Shown piece by piece: positions 36,001-46,900 of a stretch of DNA of 64,000 bases. Location: positions 12,322-76,321 of the IMG/VR virus record IMGVR_UViG_3300017707_000735; one strand, written 5' to 3'. Below the pieces are notes generated by a model. The model worked only from the letters and a program-made list of their open reading frames with translations, did no database searches and was not told the DNA's origin. Origin of the DNA: a virus. Taxonomy: Duplodnaviria; Caudoviricetes. The position numbers were made by a program, and so were the translations under genes. Position 1 is the stretch's first letter, and each line of letters opens with the position of its first letter.

Positions 36001-39000
36001 CAAGCATTAGCTGATAAAGGTATCTATGTAGACCTAGAAGAGTTTGCTGATTGGATTGAAGATAAAGAGAAGTTACCTTCACAGTTTGAAGATGCTGTTA
36101 ATAAGCGTGTCATCAAAAAGGGTAGCATTCTATATGATGAGTATGCTAAAATGTTCCAGCAAATAGCTGACATGCAGTTAAAGAAACCTGCTGGAGAAAA
36201 ACTAGATGTAGACGGACAGCTTAAAGCTGAGATTGAAAAAGCAGAGGAAGCAAAAGCAGCTAAGCTAGCTAAAGCTAAGAATGACTATGATGAGAAGTTA
36301 AAAGAAGCTATTGGTTATACAGAAGAAGAATACGCAGCACGTGTAAAAGAAACTACTTCTGAACTTACGCCTGAACAAAAAGAAAGGTTAGATGATCTCA
36401 CTGCATTAAAAGAACGTGTAGATAATACTATAGTAAATTCAGATGAAGACATAGAAGCTATGCTAGCAATATCTAAAGACTTTAAGAGTCTTGATCTTCT
36501 AGAATTGTATACTATGCAACTACTTGCTCTTAGTAAAGACAGAGCAGGTAAGAAAAAAGCTAAAGAATTTAATAGTGAAACGTCAGAAGAATTTTTTAAA
36601 GAAAAGGTTTCTGACCCAGAAGAGAAGAATGATTTCTATGCAGCCTATTATGGGCGTTATGTAGCAAGTACTCTTCTAGAAAAAGAGATTAAAAAACTTG
36701 AAGATCTAGCTGGTGAAACAGAAGAAGATACTGCAGAAGAAATAGTAATCAAAGAACAGCCTGCTTACATTGAGTATCAAGAGATTGTAGCTAAGATTAA
36801 TGAAGAGTATGAAAAGATCTTTGCTGAGATTATTGAACGTTATAAAGAGAAAGGTTCAAAGGTAACATCTGTGGATGATGCTAAAGCTGTACCTGCTAAG
36901 TCTACCATTACAGTAGACACACCATGGAATGAATTACCAAAGGATCTTCAGAAATTACTACAGCCTAAGTTTAATGAGTATACTAAGAAAAGAAAGTATG
37001 CTAAAGAAGATGCTGCTACTAAAGCTAAGATCAGAGAAAACTGGTTAAAGACTCCGGAAGCGCAAGAGATAGTTAAAGATTATCTGAATGCACAGATTGG
37101 TACGGAAGAAGAAGTAGAAGTGCTTCTTGAAGAACCACCAACATTGTTGTTTGAAAAGAAAACTCCATTAGAGTTGTCTCAAGCAAGCTTTCAGGAATTA
37201 CAAACACTTATTGATTCTCTTCAAAAAACTGTTAACACTAAACAAAAATTTGACAAAAGAACCAAGAAGTATGTCTCTGCAACTGCAAAAGAGCTTAATA
37301 ATGCAAAGGAAGATTTAAAAAATCTTAAGGCTTATATTGCATTTAGAAGATCAATCACTCCGGTTAAACCAGAGGCAGAACGTGTAGCGGCAGTACTTAA
37401 GCGTAATATTCTTGATAGACAAGGTGAAGTTACAATAGATAGAGATTCTGAAGGTGAAACAATTGGTAGAAGAATTGAGGGTGTAGAGTATGAAGATGGA
37501 GAGTATGCAGCACGTGTAACACAAGAAGTGGAAGATGTATTGCAAGATATTAATCCTGACTATGAGCCTTATCTATACTCAGGTTTAAAACCAAAAGTCA
37601 ATGCTCAAACAGGAAAAGTTCAACCAAGTACAATTGATACTGTGCTTATTGAATTAGATGCTTATGTTACTTCTGGTAAAAAGGATAAGACACTAGACGA
37701 AAAAGTTACAAAACTTACAGATCTATTGTCTACCTATTTTAAACGAGGATTGCTTAAAAGATTTGGTACTGAAAAGAAATTAAAGCTTGTACGAGAAAGA
37801 TTTATACTGAATGGCAAAGCAACCGGTTTAGAATTTACTGATGATAATATCAAGAAAGTTATTCAAGAGTATGCTGACTGGGGCAGCTCCTTTGCAGGAA
37901 CAACAGTAGATAGATTAGGACGTGACTTCTTTATGGATAAGAAGCTCACTAAGCCTGATAACATGTCACCTGAAGCATTCAAGTCTTTATTAGAAATACT
38001 TAACCGTTTTGCTAACCAGATCCGGGACAGAAATATGGTTGTGATTTCTGAGAACATGCTTGTCTTTGATAAAGATTACAAAGGTAAAAATGGAGATAAG
38101 AAAGGTATAGTAGGTGAGATGGACTTACTTGGCTTCAGAGAAGATGGTAGCTTTATCATTATTGATATGAAGACCGGTACTTCAGCACGTTGGGAGAACT
38201 TTAATCCTCCGGCAGATATTAATGTTGACTTGCTTAAAAAAGCCAGCTTTGGTAAAAAACCAATTCTAATCAATGAGTCAATCATTAACTGGAAGAAAAC
38301 AGGTTTTGAAAGCATTGATGAAGTAACAGATAGAGTTGGAGAAATTGATGCCATTGTTCTTAAAGAAACCTATGGTGAAGATAAAAGAGGAAATGTTACC
38401 GGTTTAGTAGAAATTGAAGGAGATGGTGGAACTATTGATGTAGAAGTTACATTCAATACTGATAAGTATACAGCTAAAGGTACTCCTGATAAGTATAGCA
38501 AAAGACCTAACTATAGTGTTCAACAGACATTCTATAGAAATAGCTTCTTTAATATGTCAGGTGAAATGCCTGATGGTATATTCTTATTGGGCTTTGAAAT
38601 TGAAGCTGATGAAGATGGTTACATCAAGTCACTTAAGTTGCCAGAAATTGCAGATGAAAAAACAATGCTTATTGAGCTTGAGCCAGTAGAAGAAGTAAAC
38701 AACTATTTGCCTCTTAAGACTGCTGCTCCTCAAGAAGGTGGAGGTGAAACAAAGAAAGGTAGAAAGAAAAAGAAAGCTCCAACCAATCAATCAGACATAG
38801 AGACTAAGAAAGCTGATGTAGAAAAAAGGAGAAAAGAAGCGTTGAAAGGTAGTGAGATTAATTTTGAACCCCTCACGAGTACAGTTGATGGTAGTTGGAA
38901 TAAAGCCAAACCCATTAATGATGAATTAGAAAATAGATTCAGAAACTCTTTAGAAGAAGGTGATAAAATAATTACTGGCAATAATGAAACTATTTTTTTT

Positions 39001-40899
39001 AGAAATGGTAAAATTGTAAAAAAAGATGGTAAAGATTATGGATTCTCAGATATTCCTGTTACAGCTATTTTAATGAGGGGAGCAAAGATAGATAGAACAG
39101 ATAAAATCAATGCTAAATACGATGCAGAACTAGCTGCTTTAAGTGAAGAACAAGAAGAAGAGCCAAGTGAAGTTATAGAATACAAACCTAAATCACCATT
39201 CCTAAAAGACAATGTAGGTAAACAGATCCTATTCAATGGTAGACTTGGTACGCTGGTATCATTCCCACATGACTATGGTGACTATGGTTTAGAGACAGAA
39301 GATGCAGTATACTCTATTCAAGGAGATGCAGAACAAACTCTAAGTGAAGCCGGGGTATCTACTGTAAGAGTTAATGGTAAAGATGTCTTTGGTGATCCTG
39401 TTGTAGCTGGAGAGATCTATGAGATTGAGTTTACTGATGAGTCTGAGACAAATGCTGTGATCAACGGTGTGGAATATACAGTTGAAAGAAATGCTAAAGG
39501 TGGTGTTAAGTCTGTAAGATACAGAAAGAATGACAAGGCTATCAGTGATATATCAATTCAGATAAATGAACTTAAAGCTAAAGCTGCGGACTTAATAAAA
39601 CAATATGACACTCTTTCAAAGAAAGATCCAGAGAATATTACTTTGGCTCCTTTGTTTGTCAATATAATGAGTACTGAGAATAAGGTTGAACTTTTGGAAA
39701 GCAGGAGAGATGTTCTTATTGATGATAACATAGAAGTAATAAGTAGAGATAAGAATATTATTCAAGCTCTTCAAAGTTTATCTAGTACTTTCAAGAACTC
39801 AAAAGGTAAAGATGAAGAGAAGGATGATCTTGAAAGTATAAAGAACAAGGCAGTCAACTCAGGCGCTATTGAAGCTATGGCAAATATAATGGATGAGGGA
39901 TACCCTGAGAAGTTTGATATGCTAATAACTAACCCTGCATCACTCACAAAAATAGACATAATTAGATTCAGAGCATATCTTGAGAAGTGTCAAGATGCCT
40001 TTGAAGAGTTAAGAGTAAGAGAAGCTGCCGCATCAAAACTTACAACAGATATAGAAAAAGGTATTGCCCAATTGGGAATTTTGTTAAATTATATTAAGAA
40101 CCTAGAGTATACTCAGAATGGAAAAGTTAAAGCAAAGCAGTCAGCAGAAACCCAAGGACTCAGACAACAGCTACAAGAAGATGAAAATCAATCTGTTGTT
40201 CAGGACACTATCGGAAGACAACCAGGAGAAGTTCCTGCAGGAAAAGCTCCACGGGGAAGAAAAGCCAAAAACACAACGGAGCTAAAGAATTCCCTGAAAG
40301 CAGGCTTGGCTGGTAAGAGTCTTGAAGAGTTAAACCAAGAACTTGATGAAGAGAATGAAGGTGTCAGCATTGATGACATAAGGGATGCCTTTGAGAATGC
40401 TACTAGAGAGACTTTAGATGAGCTTTACAAGTTTTACATGAGCGAGATCCAAGAAGGAAACATTCAGATTGGTGATCCTAATCTTATTACAGAAATGTAT
40501 AAAAGACGTGATCTAGAGTTAGGTACTAAAGTGGATAAAAATTCTATTGAAGTGGGTACTAAACTTGCCCGCAAAAATGGTAAATTTACAGAGGTTGTGC
40601 AGGTAACAAACATAGTTGAGGACGAGTACACCATACTACCAGTAGGAGGTGAAGAAAGGGTTGTAAGCTTGAAAACACTTCAGAAATATAAAATTGTTAG
40701 TGATATGACAGACGAGGAAGAAGACGTTGAAACTTTTACAGATGAAACTGAAGAGTCAGCACAAGAAACACCAGAAACAATTACTGATGCACTTAAAAAT
40801 GAGGCTGTGATAAATGATGCCATTGAGAAAACTAGTAAAATGACTAGAGCAGAACGCAGAGCTCAGATGGCAGAGGAAAATAAAAACTGTAAATTATAA
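33004..40899 (+). CDS. Giant cargo/ejection protein with a Gly-rich hydrophobic segment and a PD-(D/E)XK nuclease-like domain
   Basis: 2631 aa. GGIIGAAGGPQGAAGGTFVGGAVG membrane-like stretch, long coiled coils, GEMDLL..IIDMKTG..YSVQQTFY nuclease motifs. Ends in NCKL*. Confidence 0.8.
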   Translation: MAENQTPEPEDISGGAQMINQGSTDIDNFLPFGGDNPMGGVTPTYNPSPLRQAFPRISSLDNSTYPVKDNVTGLAPFTTKPNQAAPISLNDKLDARFAHMNNQLRGLQDNNAYAKIQAYDASSAGAHRARYKAYGQATFDKIGFNPELNNEELFNAGTTGFDDFARWATVSAWPLFSRGFIANPKSYGGLFTGDFGQDIEEAKAYEEYNAIGYSSKGGIGAFMTNALNSFSYTAGIIVEAIAEEALVGGIIGAAGGPQGAAGGTFVGGAVGALKGLAAVPKALFQMGRQGATLAANLRRLDEMSEARRLFNDASSTVGNFLNPFDNTTNAVTAGLNNANNITRLARSANTFGGFYNDIKNVNMALSEGRLEGGFVENNTYKELYDDYYAKFGVAPDDQKQREFRDVARKAGADATFYNTLLINYSNKLVIPNVMKGGVLRSLSGYTDDIADFGTHSIVLNPKKGFELVRNNLVTSLKALKNPATYGKVSLNYFKRNVTEGIQENAQDVIADYLQRSYIAAYNDPAKTNHDYAKAILKNAVWKQFSAQGLETFASGFVMGAFAGPLNNIPKYAGIGYNKYIKYRGEYDKYVTERGESGKQLVDTLNQIYNDPKEFFKHRYFNYGNQSLASKIADDDKTTPGEYMDQRDAAFISQMQTVLSTGTMKYFIDQIKSYQQRSPKDVEDALGLAEGEGMKAIQRVDTLVARAKRMERRYDYFKKKVGKNPVDLSLFDKDSDDYRKAALLHSAWEVGVNSQLFMGESFDRNLERIAGITDTFGQISQFSNIPSSAVMPLLDQQRLANEFDLLKSEISVLEQSGKPQTAELSKKKQQLEDLSDFQKSLAAVQLTVIQKEAIQIRKQELIEQGMTPKDAAVQAEQKFEEDFDDLANELISDLKETVTKYLLNLSGSEVEYTKLMNKLQEEGEIEGIDYAMTQLIDLHKLTYENQALVKYINVLQDPVEFAIHVNRNLEWMTEMYNNKTEYFKDVVNNTVEQKEYNDLLQALADKGIYVDLEEFADWIEDKEKLPSQFEDAVNKRVIKKGSILYDEYAKMFQQIADMQLKKPAGEKLDVDGQLKAEIEKAEEAKAAKLAKAKNDYDEKLKEAIGYTEEEYAARVKETTSELTPEQKERLDDLTALKERVDNTIVNSDEDIEAMLAISKDFKSLDLLELYTMQLLALSKDRAGKKKAKEFNSETSEEFFKEKVSDPEEKNDFYAAYYGRYVASTLLEKEIKKLEDLAGETEEDTAEEIVIKEQPAYIEYQEIVAKINEEYEKIFAEIIERYKEKGSKVTSVDDAKAVPAKSTITVDTPWNELPKDLQKLLQPKFNEYTKKRKYAKEDAATKAKIRENWLKTPEAQEIVKDYLNAQIGTEEEVEVLLEEPPTLLFEKKTPLELSQASFQELQTLIDSLQKTVNTKQKFDKRTKKYVSATAKELNNAKEDLKNLKAYIAFRRSITPVKPEAERVAAVLKRNILDRQGEVTIDRDSEGETIGRRIEGVEYEDGEYAARVTQEVEDVLQDINPDYEPYLYSGLKPKVNAQTGKVQPSTIDTVLIELDAYVTSGKKDKTLDEKVTKLTDLLSTYFKRGLLKRFGTEKKLKLVRERFILNGKATGLEFTDDNIKKVIQEYADWGSSFAGTTVDRLGRDFFMDKKLTKPDNMSPEAFKSLLEILNRFANQIRDRNMVVISENMLVFDKDYKGKNGDKKGIVGEMDLLGFREDGSFIIIDMKTGTSARWENFNPPADINVDLLKKASFGKKPILINESIINWKKTGFESIDEVTDRVGEIDAIVLKETYGEDKRGNVTGLVEIEGDGGTIDVEVTFNTDKYTAKGTPDKYSKRPNYSVQQTFYRNSFFNMSGEMPDGIFLLGFEIEADEDGYIKSLKLPEIADEKTMLIELEPVEEVNNYLPLKTAAPQEGGGETKKGRKKKKAPTNQSDIETKKADVEKRRKEALKGSEINFEPLTSTVDGSWNKAKPINDELENRFRNSLEEGDKIITGNNETIFFRNGKIVKKDGKDYGFSDIPVTAILMRGAKIDRTDKINAKYDAELAALSEEQEEEPSEVIEYKPKSPFLKDNVGKQILFNGRLGTLVSFPHDYGDYGLETEDAVYSIQGDAEQTLSEAGVSTVRVNGKDVFGDPVVAGEIYEIEFTDESETNAVINGVEYTVERNAKGGVKSVRYRKNDKAISDISIQINELKAKAADLIKQYDTLSKKDPENITLAPLFVNIMSTENKVELLESRRDVLIDDNIEVISRDKNIIQALQSLSSTFKNSKGKDEEKDDLESIKNKAVNSGAIEAMANIMDEGYPEKFDMLITNPASLTKIDIIRFRAYLEKCQDAFEELRVREAAASKLTTDIEKGIAQLGILLNYIKNLEYTQNGKVKAKQSAETQGLRQQLQEDENQSVVQDTIGRQPGEVPAGKAPRGRKAKNTTELKNSLKAGLAGKSLEELNQELDEENEGVSIDDIRDAFENATRETLDELYKFYMSEIQEGNIQIGDPNLITEMYKRRDLELGTKVDKNSIEVGTKLARKNGKFTEVVQVTNIVEDEYTILPVGGEERVVSLKTLQKYKIVSDMTDEEEDVETFTDETEESAQETPETITDALKNEAVINDAIEKTSKMTRAERRAQMAEENKNCKL

Positions 40900-40910
40900 A
40901 AGTTCTTAAG

Positions 40911-43900
40911 ATGGCTTGTAAAATAACTGAACAGCAGGTAATTCATATATATACTGATATCTATGAGGAATTAAAAGTAGGAATGGACAACCCGTCTGTT
41001 CCTGTTTTTGATATTAATTCATACATGAAGGACCTTTATGATGATTTAGTAGATGCCGCTGACCCAGATTCAGTACAGAAGACAATGCTTACAATACAAG
41101 CTGTTCCTGAGATTTATCAAAAGGTAGCCTTAAGATCAGATGTTAAAGCTTACATACTTAGTAAACCTAAGTTGAAGAACTCTTTTATGGATGTTATGCA
41201 GATGTCTCAAGACTTTGCTGACCTAAATAATGTTGCTCAGTTTTTAAAAAAAGCTAAGGTATCTAAGAAGTATGTTGATGCTGCTGTGCGTGTGTCAAAT
41301 ATGGCTAAAGGCCGTATGCAGATTATCAATGATGTTAACATGATTCTCAAAGAAGTGTTGATGCGAAGTGAGGCTACAGGTAGAATGAAGCCAATATCTG
41401 CATGGACACTGACTGGTCAAGAGTATATGCCCATTAATCCAGAGGGTGCTACTGATGAACAAAGAAATGCAATTATTGATGAGTCACAAATTCTTACATA
41501 TAAAGTAATCCGTGAAATAGTTAATAATGCTAAAAAGGCTACAGAAGAAGAGCAGGTTACATACCGTGGTATTCCTGTAGTTATTCAAGCAATGCGTAGC
41601 TCTGACATTGATATCAAATTCTTTGATGATTCTACTAGAGCAAAGTATGCTGAGAACAGAATTATAAACAGCGTACCTTTTAGAAAACTGCATGCAGAAG
41701 GTGTATCAGCTGTAATTTCAGATACAGATGGTAACGTTCTTTACTTTGATGAAGAGGGAAATATAGCTGATGAAGAATCTGGAAGACCGGTAATTCAAGG
41801 CTTTAGAAAAACGGCTATTAAAAATGGTAAACTTACTCTTAGTAACAATGCCAACTTTGCTACTGTATTAGTATCCCCAAAAGAGATAGCGGACAGACAA
41901 CAAAGGGAAGCCTTAGCAATGGGTATTGATTTCACTGCTTCTCACTATGATTATATTGTAAAAAGAGAAACTGAAAGAATTGAAAAAGAAGTAAATGATC
42001 TACATCTACTTAGAGAAAAGGTTTTAAGTGAGGAGAATGCAGGTGTACTATTACCTATCACAGGGGGTACGTTTGGTATTGTAGGAGAGAAGTTTGTACC
42101 ACTGTATACTACTAGTATTAAATCAGAAGACATTGCTGAGATACAAACTGAAAACATTAAAGAAGAAGGTGGGTATGCTTACTTTACTTTGAAAAGTGAT
42201 CCGGATGCAGGGCGTATTTATATGCAGCGTGCTAATATGCCTGAAGATCTTATTGATAGAATTGTAGATGTACTTAGTACAGATGCTAAGTTTAAAGGTG
42301 GTAAAACACTTACTGCAAAACAAAGAGTAGACTTTGCAAAAATCTTTTTAGGACCTTCTCCAAAATTACAAAACTATAGAACAACACCTATTTACATTAA
42401 GACTGTTGAGATAGACGGTGTTGAAGAGCTAATGGTATTGGTTAATGGTATTCCATTAGACATGGAAAGTGAAGATGAGATAGAATTTTTAAGAGACCAG
42501 CTTAAAAATCAAATTGTAGGGAAAGAAAAAACTTTCAGTGCTCCATTAAACTACTCATCTGATTATACAAACAAGACTTTTATTGATTATAGAATTGAAG
42601 GTGACAAGATAATAGCGGAAGAGGTTGACTATTTTGATTTCATCAAACCCTTTATCAATGTACTTTATACAGAAGAGTCTGCTCCATTTGTACCTGCCCG
42701 CAATGCTTATTTGAGTTATGCAATCCCAACAGAAGTACTAGGTGACTTTGAATTAGAAAAAGAGGAAGAAGCTCCTACTAAAAAAGAAACCAAAAAAGAA
42801 GAAGAGGAAGCTGAAGCTGGTACAGAAGACATTGGTAAAATCAATTTCTCACAACATACTGTAGCTGGATATGCTCCAGTAAAACAAGAAGTGATTAAGA
42901 AGGCTGATCTTGTGTTAGCTTTCAATCCTAGATTTACATCAGCATCTTCTATAGTTACAGCGAATGCAGTAGATAGAGCTGGTAAAGATTATTTCCCACA
43001 ACCTTTTGCAAAAAGTGGGGGTAAACTAGAATTGAAACAGGCTGCGATCAATGCTATTGTAACTCAAATCAATGCAGCTCCAGGTGGAGTGATTACTATT
43101 ACAGGTGATGATATCACAGAGCTAAAAGGATACTCTCAGGACGTATTGAACAACTTTATGTATAATACACTTAAAGCTGTTGTAGAGTCAGACAAACTTA
43201 AGATAGATATCACTAATATCATTACCACAGGTCAAACAGGTATTGAGCAAGCAGCAACTATAGCGGCAGCAAGACTAGGTCTAGAAGTTACTGTGATTGC
43301 ACCTAAAGGCTGGCAGTTTAAAGAATATGTAAAAGCACCAGCTAATACTAAATTTCAAAAGGGTACATTTAATAAAAGAGCTGACAAGCGTTCACCTGAG
43401 ACTAAGTTCAAAGCAAGGTTCAAGGTAAACAAACGTACTGCAAAAGCTGCAACTACTACAAAGAAAACAGCTGCTGAACAAAAAGCAGCAGATCAGGAAG
43501 TCTTAAATCAACCAACATCAGGTAGATTCAACATGGGTAAATTTAAAAGATCCATGAGTGTTGGGACTTTCTTTGATAAATACTTTATTACAGAAGCAGA
43601 TAAGAAAAGAGCTGATAACTGGTGGAGTAACTCTCCTTTGTCTACAGCTAAAGATGCTGATGGTAATTTGCTTATACCAGTTACTGTAATTACTGAGATA
43701 CTTAACTCTGATGCATTTGCAACTTGGTCACGTGCAGGTATTACGCTTAATCAAGCAGATGGTGGTACATCTGTAGACCTTTACCATGAAGCATGGCATG
43801 CATTCTCTCAGTTGTACTTAAGTATAGATGAGAAGACTGCTTTGTATGAAGCAATGAGAAAGTCTCCTAAGTGGGCTGATGCAGAATTTATAGAAATAGA

Positions 43901-46900
43901 AGAAGCAATAGCAGAGGACTTTAGAGATTTCATGCTTGGCAAAACTAAGCCTAAAGGTATCATTGGAAGAATCTTTGACAGAATTGCAAAAGCCATTAGA
44001 CTCTTGTTTGGTAAACTTACCAGAAGAGATATGGTTAGACCAAGGGACATAGCTGAAGTAAAAGGATACTTTGATGCTTTGTACAAGGGTGAGATTAATC
44101 ATCTTACTCCATCTGTAGAAAATGTAATGCCTGAGTTTGATGTATTGAACAGATCTAAGACCATCAATGTATTAAAACAGGAGACTAAGAACTACAGTCC
44201 ATTTACAATTGATGATTCTAAAAGAGTTACTGATGCTATTGATAGTGTCTTTGCGGAACTCTTCTTAAATTTTAATCAACACTTTGGTACATCTTCTGGA
44301 ATGTCTAGACTTCTTGATAACTCTTTTAATAGACAAGGGGCATATGAAAATGTTCTAGATGATTTTATCCGTAGAAGAGATGAGGCTCAAGCTGAATTAA
44401 AAGAACTAGCTGCGGAAAACAGAAAGTCTGACAACCCTGATCTAGATGCTGAGGCTGTGCTATCTGATAATCTATTACTATTAAGTAAAGTAATAGACAA
44501 CTTTGGGGACATTCCAAACTCTTTAACAGGAAAAGAAAAGAAAGGTGTGGTTGCACATCACATCAATTCTACAAGATTTAATGTACTCAAGGATACATAT
44601 GTAGAGCTTGAAGAAGATCCTGAAGCAACAGAAGAAAAAGAAGAAGAAACTAATAGTGTTGGTCAGACCATTCAATCAAGTGACGGTGGTAACATTAAGT
44701 CATCTAAAGAACTTGCTTCAGAAGAAACTCTAATGCTTATCTCTAGCATATTCAAATTAGAGAAAATAAAAGAAGGCAAGACTATTAGATATGAAAGAGT
44801 AAAAGACAAACTAGGCTTTTATGTTCTTGAGTCTAAAGACATCATGTGGAATAAACTAGCAAGAACTTTAGCTGGGTCATTGACTGAAAAGGATATTTAT
44901 AGTAGACTGATAAAGTTTGCTGATAACTATCCTGAGTTCCGTCAGATTACTGACTTGCTGCATAATCCTACTCAAGACTACGTTGATAGTAAAGAGTTTA
45001 ATACAGAAACAAAGTTCTGGCAGGATTTCAAGAAGCCAAGAATCCCATATGTGCAGTTAAACATTACAAAGAAAGTAACACCTTCATTAGAAGAAGGAAG
45101 AGATACAGTAGAGTTTTCATCAAGCATTGTAAATGCAAGCTTTGATGTATATGCTATTTACAAAGTGTGGTCATCCAACTTTAAAATGGCAGACCCAGCA
45201 GATAGTAGATTCATTAGTTCAGATAAAATTTCTAACATACTTGATGTTGAATTACTTGTAGCTGAGTTTGGAAAAAATGGAAAGCTAGACCCAAAGAGAA
45301 GCTTTGACTTCTTAGAAGCTCTTGGTATTACACTAGATAAAAATAGTGCTGAGATCAGTGCAATGATGGCTAAACCTAAGTTTGCTCAAGTATATGGTGT
45401 TGAGTATATCTATAGTTTGCTTAGAATGGTGAGTAAAGCTCTTAAGTCAGCTGATGAAGAAAAGGTGGCTGCAGCTAAGAAGTTTACCCGTAATCCAATT
45501 GAATATTTGATGAACGGTTTACCAGAAGCATTGAGAACAGATGAAAAGAATACTGAAGATGTAAGAGCAAGACTAAGAGCATTAGCAGAAATCAATATTC
45601 AATTCTCCGATAACTACTCTAACTTTAGTGTATTAAGTCCTGAGAAGAACCGTGTATGGGAACACTTCTTAGACAGTACTTTGACACGTGCCATGGGTGC
45701 TATTAATAAAGCAAAAAACCTGAAGTACCTGATTGATGAAGATGAAAATGAGTTTGACCTAGATGGTGAATTTAGACATATGCGTTGGTTAAAGGATTCT
45801 AATAATCCTCATATCAAGTACAGTGTTAATATGAACTCTATGTTCTTTATGAATGGACCTAATTTTGGGGACAGAAGAAAAATAGGAACAGACACTGAAG
45901 AAGTAAATCAACTTCTTTTGAATAATGTTGCTGGTACACAAATCTTAGAAGAGGGTAGTATAGAACCTGAAGATGGTGTGTCAACAAGTTCTGCTGATGC
46001 AACAACTAAGTTCTTACAAGAGATGAATACTATGTTGCTACGTGGTATTCAAGAGTTTATGCGTCATGCATCTAAATCAATGTCACAGGGTATCAGAGCA
46101 GAGAAGATCAATACTGCTTTATATGGTAACCAAGGTAAAGCTACAGATTACTTATACGTTGATATTGCTGACTTCCGTCCTATCCGCAAAGGAGAAGGTG
46201 AGTTAGAAGCATTTGAAATCATTAAGGGTTATGTAGCAGGTGAGCTTGAAAGAATTCAAAGATTCAAAGCTAATCTTAATGACAAGACTATTACTGATCC
46301 AGCTTTACAAATGAAGAACTGGGCTGGCTACAATAGAAAAGTCAGAAAGAAAGATGGGACTATTGTAATGGCCGGGGAAATCTTTACAGCATTTGATGAT
46401 GTTCTTAGTGAAGAAACTAAAGAAAAGTTATATGCTATTAAAGGTAACTTACTTGATGCCTTAGAGGCAGACGATGATCTATATCAGGATGTAAAAGCTG
46501 ATGTGGATAGCTACTTTGAAAAGCAAACAAAAGCAAATCTTGAAAGACTGTCTGAAGCTAGATATGTAGATCCGGCTCTTACTGATATTGCTTACCAAGA
46601 AGGTTTGACAAAAAAGCAAACAGATAAGGTTCTTGTAAAGGCTTACACATACAACTCTTGGATTCATAACTATGAGACTGTGATTCTTACTTATGGTGAC
46701 TTAGCACAGTATAACCATGAGAAGGAAGAGTTCCATAAGCGTAATGCCGGTATGACAGCACCGGGAAGAGGATTCAGAGCAGACCAAAGAGCTAGAAACT
46801 TCATAAACAGCAGTCTGTTCCAAAGATTATATGCAGAAAAGAACAATTACCAAATAAGAAATTATGATGGTAGATTACATACTGCTATTATCAAAGAGAA

